Below are positions 1 to 8,246 of a stretch of 20,523 bases of DNA, piece after piece. Made by a program: the position numbers and the translations under genes. Every line of letters begins with the position of its first letter. The stretch's first letter is position 1. The stretch spans positions 4,973 to 25,495 of the forward strand of contig JAAOMT010000460.1 of the NCBI GenBank assembly GCA_016748015.1. The letters are read 5' to 3'. Origin of the DNA: Geosiphon pyriformis uo1 (taxonomy: Eukaryota; Fungi; Glomeromycota). Under the pieces are notes generated by a model. The model saw only the letters and a program-made list of their open reading frames with translations, did not search any database and was not told the DNA's origin.

Positions 1-142
1 CATTGTAAATACTGATCAAATCGATTACACACATATCCATAAAAGATTTTGAACCTTAACAATTATGATAGAGAGTCACTAAGCATGAAAAAACAAAAAT
101 TTTATTTTTTTTAAACAAGTTGTTATTCGGGCTTATCAAATT

Positions 143-182
143 TAATTGTTTCAGAGTAAAAAATTTTACTCTGAAACGATTA
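143..182. repeat. inverted repeat, 14-bp perfect arms GTTTCAGAGTAAAA / TTTTACTCTGAAAC
   Basis: Arms 148-161 and 164-177 with a 2-nt spacer. Extends to 143-182 with one G-T pair. Confidence 0.85.
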
Positions 183-552
183 TTATTATTATTTTATTAT
201 TATTATTACTATTATTATTATTATCAATGATTCTTGAATCCGGGGTTTTTTTGAATTTATTTTTTTGATTTACCGCAAAAAAAGTTTTTTCCATGTATCA
301 CTGCATTAAATTAACGGGAGGAGAATTTCAAGATTCTATCTTATTATTAAAAGAATCTCCTCAATGAATGAGTTTCTGGAAAAAAAATATTAATTTACAA
401 TTACGTGCGTGACTTGATCCTCATNNNNNNNNNNNNNNNNNNNNTTTTTTTTTTTTTTACGATTGAAAAGAATGTTCAAGAATAATTAAAAATTAGTATA
501 ATAAGAAATGATTTCATTATAAACAATCAAATAGAAGAAATGACGGAAGGGA

Positions 553-717
553 GGAAAGAAAGAAAGAAAGAAAGAAAGAAGTAAGTAAGTAATGAATGAA
601 TGAATGAATGAATGAACTATTTCGATACCCAATTTTAAATTTTAATTATCTAAACTTTAAATACATACGTACGTACATACATACATACATACATACATAC
701 ATACATACATACATACA

Positions 718-761
<44 letters not shown>

Positions 762-778
762 TACACACACACACACAC
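553..778. repeat. compound tetranucleotide microsatellites (GAAA, AGTA, ATGA; then TACA, TACT, CA)
   Basis: Directly visible in two blocks, 553-616 and 661-778. Confidence 0.9.
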
Positions 779-1046
779 AAAGTGCAAATGAATGAAATAA
801 AATTAAATCAAATTAAATTAAATCAAAAATAAAAATCCAAATTTTCTATTCTTATTTTTTATTTTTTTCGTAATGAATAATATCGGAAATAAACACATAT
901 CATTCTAGATACTTAAATCATGCATAACATTACATAAAATAAAAACGGAGAATNNNNNNNNNNNNNNNNNNNNNNNNNNNNNNNNNNNNNNNNNNNNNNN
1001 NNNNNNNNNNNNNNNNNNNNNNNNNNNNNNNNNNNNNNNNNNNNNN

Positions 1047-1139
<93 letters not shown>

Positions 1140-1158
1140 CATTATTATCATTATTATT
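1047..1158. repeat. (TAT)n microsatellite abutting an assembly gap
   Basis: More than 30 copies directly after the N-run 954-1046. Confidence 0.95.
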
Positions 1159-1819
1159 CAAGAATCCATGATTATCATCATGATTACATCACTTTTTTTC
1201 CCAATTCTAATAAAACTTTGCATCAATGAAGCTCAATTCAGTTATGCAAGAATTCCAAGCTTCGTAAATTACTTGTCGTTGTCGTCGTTGTAGTTACTAA
1301 ATAAAAAAAACTTTGATAAATTAGAAAATTAAATAGCATAAACTATTTTTACATTTTTTTTTTTTTTTTTCTAATTTTCATTTACTCATAAATATTAGAA
1401 ACCTTCGATTGATTAATTGCGTGATTAAATTAATATAATTTTTTACTTCATTAGTTTCGGCCCGTCAATACCATTTATGAAATTTTAATTGATAAAAATT
1501 AGAGCATAAAAATTAACAAATAAAAAATTTATTAATATGGCCTCATTATCATTAAATTTTGACGATTCTTCTTTTACTAAAGGAACTATTGAATTTCCGT
1601 TCTTCTTAATCTATTCTTAATTGATGAAAACCAAAGATATCTGTTTATTATTTAGATTCCTCTCATTTCCAAACCTTAAAATCAGAATAGGATCTGAGCC
1701 GCTTGAGCCACTTTAGAGACTAGCTTTCTATCTCATACTTTATAAATTTTATGATGAATGTGAACACGTTTATCGTTCATCGTTTTCAATCTTTAGAGAA
1801 TTTATTCTCAAATCTACAT

Positions 1820-1988
1820 AACAGTAGTAGCAGTAGCAGTAGCAGCAGCAGCAGCAGCAGTAGCAACAATAGTAACAATAGCAATAGTACAAACAGTAAC
1901 AACAGTAACAACAGTAGCAGCACTAGCAGTAACAGTAGCAGTAACAGTAGCAGCAGTAACACTAGGTGTAGCAGTCATTAGTAGTAGT
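1820..1988. repeat. degenerate (AGT/AGC/AAC)n trinucleotide array
   Basis: Directly visible. Produces the low-complexity ORFs 1751..1981 and 1814..2050. Confidence 0.85.
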
Positions 1989-2830
1989 TTTATTACATAA
2001 AATTCAAAGATCTTCATTGTTCCGAACTTTAACAAATTGAAAAATACCACTCGACTATTAAAGGAAATCTAATATTTACAAACCATAGGAAACCTTATCT
2101 GAAAACTCCCGATTGTACACTGTAATAATAAATTGTTTCCTTTCGTGAATGATTATGTGTACATGGATTTCTTTCATCCTTCTATTTTTTGAAATATACA
2201 CCAAAAAAAAAAATTTCTCTAAATATGTAACAAACGGCTACATCAATTTTTTAAAACTTTATCACACAATATATTTTATCGTTAACCCAAGAAAATGTTT
2301 TATGACATATTATTGATGGTTTAACTATAATGAATAGGTAACATTTTTAAGTAATCTCATTTATAAAAAAAATTCGCGTGGGCTACGCAAAAAACCAGTT
2401 CAATGGTTTTTGTTCCCAAATAAGAGGTTCAAAGTTTTTGCGATCTCTGATGGTCATGTTTATCGTGTACATTATACAAAATATATATATGTATATATGA
2501 ACATAATAACCACAGACCTTCTTTTGAATTTCTCGTGATAAGCATGATGACACAGACGCACATAAAAATTTATTATTGATTTTCAGAATAGATGACCATA
2601 ATTATTCAAAAATAAAAAAAACCCTTAAAGTTTCATTTTCACAGTTTCAGTTTCAGTTTTTGTTTTTTTTTTTGTTTTTTTTCTTATTTTGAACAACGGT
2701 ACAGTTTCACACACCAAAATCAAAAAACATTTTGCCAATTCTTTTATCCATGTTTCACCAATACTGAATTTTTTTTCATGTTTCAATCATTGAAAAAAAA
2801 AATTGGGAAAAAAAATATAGCTCGTTAAGT

Positions 2831-2941
2831 GTTATGTTATCTTATGTTATGTCAAGTTATCTTATTTTATGTTATGTCAAGTTATGTTATGTTATGTCAA
2901 GTTATGTTATGTTATGTCAAATTATGTTATGTTATGTTATG
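2831..2941. repeat. (GTTAT)n pentamer array with periodic GTCAA variant
   Basis: 22 pentamers. GTCAA at 2851, 2876, 2896 and 2916. Confidence 0.9.
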
Positions 2942-3228
2942 GGGAGGAATATAATTTTATGACGTTACAACTCCTTAAAATAAAAATAATTCTTCCTATT
3001 TTTTTTATTTTTTTTTTAAATCCAAAGGCACAAGGATAATTCTAATTAAAAAAAAAAAAAAAAAATTTAAAATTTAAAATTTAAAATTTGAAGATAAATT
3101 TATCTAAAAACAGGTTTTATTGTAATGAGTGAATGTTGTGTGATCTATTGAGTATTCCACAAGTATCTTCGATTTCCTAATCGCATTTTTTCAGTTTTTT
3201 GAAACCGGTTTAAAAAAAATTTAAAGTT

Positions 3229-3266
3229 TAATAATTATTTTTTTTTTAAAAAAAAAATAATTATTA
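3229..3266. repeat. perfect 38-bp AT-only palindrome
   Basis: TAATAATTA-T10|A10-TAATTATTA, no spacer. Confidence 0.85.
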
Positions 3267-3815
3267 TAATATATATCCATTATAAGGTTTATTTATCAAC
3301 CTTTATTTTAACCTATTTGAGAATTTGTAATAACTTAAAAAATAAATTTTTTTTTTCGGAAAAACTTTTATTCCTTATTGTTAACCCAACATGGTAAAAA
3401 AAAACTTATTTTTGTTTCCGACAAAGACGACGACGTTGAACAACAACAACAACAACATTGCTAACTATGTATAATTTAAGACAATGCTCATTATTCAAGC
3501 TTTAATTAATTGTACATGTAATATGTAATCTTGATTCCCTCCCTCATTACTTTCATCTATTACTCTACTAATACTTACTAGTAATAGGAATAAACCGTTT
3601 TCATAAAAGTTTCTTTCATAATCAAAATCTCCTGTTCGTTTATGAAAATTAATATTTTTTACATTATTAATCTTACTAAAGGTGAAAATTTGAAAAAATT
3701 AAATTATGTTATTTATAATTCTAAATATGAATTTTCTAAAAATCTAGATATATTATATAATTTTTTTGCAATTTGATTTCTTTTCGAATTTTAACTTTTT
3801 TATAGCCATAATGGA

Positions 3816-3835
3816 TATTATTATCATTATTATCA

Positions 3836-3868
<33 letters not shown>

Positions 3869-3873
3869 TACTA

Positions 3874-3921
<48 letters not shown>
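3816..3921. repeat. (ATT/ATC)n microsatellite
   Basis: Directly visible. Source of poly-Ile pseudo-ORFs. Confidence 0.9.
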
Positions 3922-4821
3922 TTCACAAAAATGTTTAGCGTCATGTCAATAAAAGACGTGAATATGCAATGGTTGATTGAGAATGTCAATTATGGTACTT
4001 TTTTAAGATTTTTGGCATTCATGATACATCAAATAAAAATGTTACAATTATTTGCTATTTTACAAGATCACTATTATTTTTGAATTCCCTAGTTTGAAGA
4101 TGATGAAAAGTTCAAAATAGTGAGAGGAATGATAAGTAACATTCCCCGAGAAAAAAAAAAGTCAAGATTCAGAAATAAAAATAACTAGACGATAGAGAAG
4201 TGAATGAAGACAGTAGTAGAAATAACAGTATAATAAGAATTTGACTTTTTTCATAGATCCCAGATCTACCGGTGAGTGATAATGGTCGTTTTTTGATTAT
4301 GAAAATGGGGTTTGTTTGTTGGGATTGTTCGTTTGGAGAAAAAAAGGATTAAAAAAATCACACCCACACACAAAGACAAGCACCCGAGTCTCACTACTTT
4401 CAAAGTTATCACGAGCCCGTTGTGCAAAACTATAAAAACAAATTTCAACAAATAAAATGGAACCAATTACAAATAAAAAAAAGGGGAATCGGGAAAGGGG
4501 ATATCATTCACTAATGTTAGGGAAGATTATGTACCGGAAAGGTGTGAATGATACTTGACGAAGTGAAAGGACAAAAAATTTTTAAAAAAAGTAAAAAATT
4601 CACCACAAACACACCATATTTTGAATTGACTATGTACGATAGCGTGTTGTGGTTAAAAGTAAAGATTAAAAAAAAACAAAAACAAAAAAAAAACAATTAA
4701 AAAAACAAAAAAAAGAAAAACTAGATGGTACAGTATTACAAAAAATCGTGATACATATACAAATTATCAAACTTTTTGTGTAACTATACTCTGGAAAAAT
4801 AAAACTATTTATAATCAACGA

Positions 4822-5558
4822 TCAAACGCACGTGTAAATAACATCCATTGGACTTCTGTTCATTATCGATTGAGATCCCGACATATTTACAACGTTATCA
4901 ACAGCATTGCTTGCAACAATAAATGGTGATTGATCCACTAAATTTGTTGAATTTGTAAAGGAATTCGCGTACATATCACCATTTTGTAAAAGTTTTTCCG
5001 GCTGACCAAAAATTGAAGCTAAAGAATTTGGAACATCAAAATGTTTTGCTTCTGTTGTTTGTTGCATACCAGACATTGACACGATTGAACTGGCCGAATG
5101 TGATCGTTGAAATGGGGGATATTGAAGTGAGCCTGGTTGATTAGTTATCGGTGACGATGATATCCCGACATTAAGCTGTTGAGACATATGATGATATGAT
5201 TGGGACTGCTGTTGTTGTTGTTGTTGTTGTTGTTGTGAGTGTGCAAAGGTTATCATGGATGCTTGAGCTGGTTGAGCACGAACGAATGGTTGTTGTTCAA
5301 TGGTAGGATAACCCATCATTAAAGCATATCCTTGATTTGAATGGGGATGATGATGATGATGAATATCCAGATGTTGTGATGGTTGACGTAATCGTAATTG
5401 TTGATGCCCCGTGATGAATTGATGTTCGTCGGAAGAGAACCTTCGCTGCCTTTTGGGTAACGATGGCTGCCTTGTACTAAAAGCTGTAGTCACGAATTGA
5501 CCGCTGTTAGTAGGAGTTAAGCTTGATAAAAATGACTGTGATCCCACCATATTGTGTA
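4822..5558 (-). CDS. areA: areA-like exon 5 (C-terminal Q/H/S-rich region, ends ...[10 protein letters not shown])
   Basis: Frame is open for 253 codons (5583-4825) with exon-like GC. Contains [11 protein letters not shown], poly-H and poly-Q. TGA at 4824-4822. Confidence 0.78.
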
Positions 5559-5914
5559 CTGAATGTGATTGGGAAAATACATTTCACAATGACATTCTTT
5601 TACCCATACACTCATGATAGTACCACCCGTTCAAATTTGAAATGTTCCCTTACCAGGTTTTGGGGCTTTCCCAGCAGCAGTCGTTCCACCACGATTTCGT
5701 TTTTTTATAACGTCCGTTTTCAAACTTAAAGGTCGAACAACACCGTGTAATTTTAAAAATAATCCACAGGCGTTGCACAAAGGTTGACCGTCAGGATTTC
5801 TTCGCCATAATGGAGTCGTTTGAGTATGACAATTTGTACAAGTGGTAGGATTAGTTGATTTATGGGAAGAACTGGTCAAATTATTATTACTGTTATTAGT
5901 ATTACTGTCATTAC

Positions 5915-5956
<42 letters not shown>

Positions 5957-6449
5957 TACTATTAAGATTGTTGTTATTGTTGTTGTTGTTGTTGTTGCCA
6001 CTATTATTATTATCATTTATGACATCTTTTGATAATGAGGATGTAGTTGCCGTTGCTGCTGCTGATGATGATGAGTTATATGTAGATGATTGTATTTCAT
6101 CACAATGAGATGGTGACCGAGGCCGCTTACTGGTTGGTGAAGCAGCTCTTTCACTTACTATTAAAGATGAAGAACTAGTCATATCGACGTCACTCCCATC
6201 ACCACTTAATAATAATGGAGGAGGTGGGGACGCCAATACGTTAAAAGTGTTTTTGTTATTCATGCTATGATCAATGATTGATAATGATAAAGAATTGTCA
6301 GAGGAATGTCTTTGGTTGTTAATGTTTGTTTGAATGGGTTTATCATGTTTGTCTTCACTGAGATTACTTCCAGTATTAAAAGTGTTTGGATTGGTATTAT
6401 TTTGACTATGATCTGAATTCATCATGGTGAATGAAGTCACTGTTGGTGG

Positions 6450-6497
<48 letters not shown>

Positions 6498-8246
6498 GGA
6501 TGAGGATGCAAGTAATTGTGAAGGATTAATGCTGGAAAATGGGGTTGTAGAATTTTGCGTCGTATCAACACCGCTCATCATATTGTACATTTTGACAAAA
6601 TCAAATAACGGGGAATCTGATTGACCGGATATTAAATCGGTGCCAGATGAATAATTATGGAAATAGTACCCAGCACTCTCTTCTGGTGTGATTGGGGTAC
6701 TGCTTGCCGAATGATCAATTGGAATACCTGGAAAATGGGGAATAATAATCGAGTCAATAAATGAATCTTTAAAAAAAAAAAGCAAGTAAAATTAAAATTT
6801 TATATCAACCTGCAGTGGCAGCGGCACCATAAGTCTCCAAAGTGTGTTGACCATATGGGGAGTTATATGTTAAATTATATTGAGCATTTGAAGATGTGAT
6901 AGATGCAGACATTGAATCAGATATATCTGTATCTGAATCATCACCGAGGTCATTGGGAATGGTAATGCTTGATTGAGATATCGAGGAGTTAAATTGAGAT
7001 TGTCGTCGCTAAGATTTCGTTAGAGAAAAGAAATCACGTGTTAAATTTAATAATAAAAGTAATAATAGTAGTAGTAGTAGTAGTAGCAGTAGTAGTAGTG
7101 ACATAAAGTGAAATGAAAATTTTTACCTTTTTATAAGCCATACAATTTGGAATTGAAATTATACCTTTGGTTGCGCGTGATAACGGTAAAGTGTATGGTA
7201 CGTTGTGTGGGGTGTTAATTCGTGTAGGTAAACCTGCTGTTGTATTTCTCCTTCCCATAAGATTTTGGGATGTTTGTGATGGAAAACCGTAATCTGAAGT
7301 GGCTGACGCCTCGAAAACAAATGGATTATAGCCAGAAGAAGACGAAGAAGCAGGAGTTTCAAAACCAGAAGAAGGGTTTGAACAATTTGTAGTCAATGAT
7401 GCCATTGGGATTGGTATAGCAGATGTCATGGATGAAAGAACGGGTGAGGAGGATGAGGCTGAAGAAACTGATCGATTTTCATCGTTAATACTTGAATCTG
7501 GAGATGCAACCATTCCCGAATGATCTTCAAAAAACATGATTTTATTAAAAGTATTTTCATTCTTTTGTCGATTATTATGAGCAGAACTTGGTGTCATTGC
7601 AATGTCTTGTTGTGTTTGACCAATTTCAGATGACTCGGACATATGAATGTCTCCAAATTGATACGAATCGATTCCTTCTTGAAGATTTCTATTGGAAAAA
7701 AAAAAGAATAAAAAAAGAATAAAGTTGAATTAGTTTTAGAGATATAAACTAACATAATCATATATAATAGATTGATCGTTTAAAAATTTAAACCACTTAC
7801 TCGCTAGATCTTGATATTTTAAAGGTTTGTGTAGAGGTTAGGGAAGAAGTTGGTAGACCGGAAATAGTGCTTGCCGAGGTTATGGAACAAGTAGGACTTA
7901 TTGGAGGACTTGTTGGATTATTCTGTCGCTCAAAATTTGATTGCTCATAACTCCAAGTGTCACGTTTTCGTAATGAAATTGCCATGGCACGCCAAGTCAA
8001 ATTCTCTAGTCGTCTACCGTTTGGTAAAGCGTCCTTTGCTTTGCTATAAAGTCGCCAGACGGACGCCGCCAGCGGGTCTTTTTTTGCCTCATTTACCCGA
8101 GTATCTTGGTTGGTTAACAACGACGACGACGACGATAGTTCCATATGGTTATCGGATTGTCGTCTTCTTGGTGGAAAGTTATAGGGTTCTTTAAGTTCAA
8201 TTTGATATGGAAACTGGGAGGAGGTTATATCTTCACTTGAAAACAT
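4822..8246 (-). CDS. areA: AreA/NIT2/Gat1-like nitrogen-regulatory GATA zinc-finger transcription factor, 5 exons: join(8246..7801, 7688..7127, 7008..6810, 6727..5654, 5558..4822), 1005 aa
   Basis: N-terminal motif [33 protein letters not shown] (DUF1752/PF08550 type). Finger and basic tail [50 protein letters not shown] closely match AreA/NIT2. Four GT-AG introns with matching phases (2,0,1,1) join the ORFs into one 3018-nt frame. ATG lies in an A-rich context (caaaaATG). Confidence 0.92.
5206..5235 (-). repeat. coding (CAA)n, 10-Gln tract
   Basis: In frame in exon 5. Confidence 0.88.
5559..5653 (-). other. intron 4 (95 nt, GT-AG), atypical and exon-like
   Basis: G|GTAAGG donor and TTTTCCCAATCACATTCAG|TA acceptor. 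This is the only AG in the segment that joins exon 4 in frame to the long downstream ORF. About 36% GC, no canonical CTAAC. Confidence 0.72.
5654..6727 (-). CDS. areA: areA-like exon 4 (poly-S, poly-N, GATA finger)
   Basis: Frame of ORF 5631..6785. Ends at CCT G|GTAAGG. Confidence 0.88.
5691..5840 (-). other. GATA zinc finger (C-x2-C-x17-C-x2-C, 5840-5766) plus basic tail
   Basis: 17-residue loop with Leu at loop position 7 ([10 protein letters not shown]), as in the AreA/NIT2/Gln3/Gat1 class rather than the 18-residue WC class. Confidence 0.97.
5880..6017 (-). repeat. coding (AAT/AAC)n microsatellite, Asn-rich tract
   Basis: About 35 Asn in 46 codons, just N-terminal to the finger. Confidence 0.9.
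6450..6506 (-). repeat. coding (TCA)n microsatellite, 19-Ser tract
   Basis: (GAT)n on the + strand, in frame in exon 4. Confidence 0.9.
6728..6809 (-). other. intron 3 (82 nt, GT-AG)
   Basis: GTTGAT donor, TTGAC branch-like site, TTTTCCAG acceptor. About 22% GC, phase 1. Confidence 0.8.
6810..7008 (-). CDS. areA: areA-like exon 3 (absent from the ORF track): [66 protein letters not shown]
   Basis: 199-nt stop-free frame between the TAG acceptor and the CAG|GTTGAT donor. Phases match both neighbouring exons. Confidence 0.82.
7009..7126 (-). other. intron 2 (118 nt, GT-AG) containing an (ACT)n microsatellite
   Basis: GTAAAA donor, CTAAC branch site (7023-7019), TTAG acceptor. About 25% GC. 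Splicing creates YKK|RRQSQF. Confidence 0.85.
7127..7688 (-). CDS. areA: areA-like exon 2
   Basis: Open S/T/P-rich frame matching ORF 7034..7642. Ends AAG|GTAAAA, phase 0. Confidence 0.85.
7689..7800 (-). other. intron 1 (112 nt, GT-AG)
   Basis: GTAAGT donor, CTAAT branch site (7733-7729), poly-T tract, TAG acceptor. About 19% GC by hand count. Restores frame into [21 protein letters not shown]. Confidence 0.9.
7801..8246 (-). CDS. areA: areA-like exon 1 (contains DUF1752 motif at about 7980-8078)
   Basis: ORF from ATG 8246. Ends at consensus donor GA|GTAAGT (7800), phase 2. Confidence 0.9.

Noticed and set aside
608-4466. Short ORFs 608..832, 913..1161, 930..1151, 1751..1981, 1814..2050, 3753..3989, 3766..4083 and 4266..4466
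   Set aside because: These are translations of microsatellites or N-gaps, or probable 3' UTR sequence. They have no domain, coding-like composition or splice support.
4822-5550. 242-aa ORF as an independent gene, or the locus as a pseudogene
   Set aside because: There is no room for a promoter, a GT-AG intron joins it in frame to exon 4, and all other exons and the finger are intact. A truncated-gene model is not fully excluded without RNA data.
5584-5633. TGA recoding (alternative code, selenocysteine or readthrough) to explain the two TGAs
   Set aside because: A frameshift would also be needed. Trp is encoded by TGG in the conserved motifs and TGA is the terminal stop, so splicing is simpler.
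7127-7170. Alternative donor AAAG|GTATAA near 7164
   Set aside because: It is phase 1, which does not match the phase-0 acceptor at 7009.
5523-8194. Overlapping ORFs 5523..5729, 5842..6108, 6424..6624, 7159..7362 and 7901..8194
   Set aside because: Antisense or alternate-frame shadows of the areA-like exons and their trinucleotide repeats.
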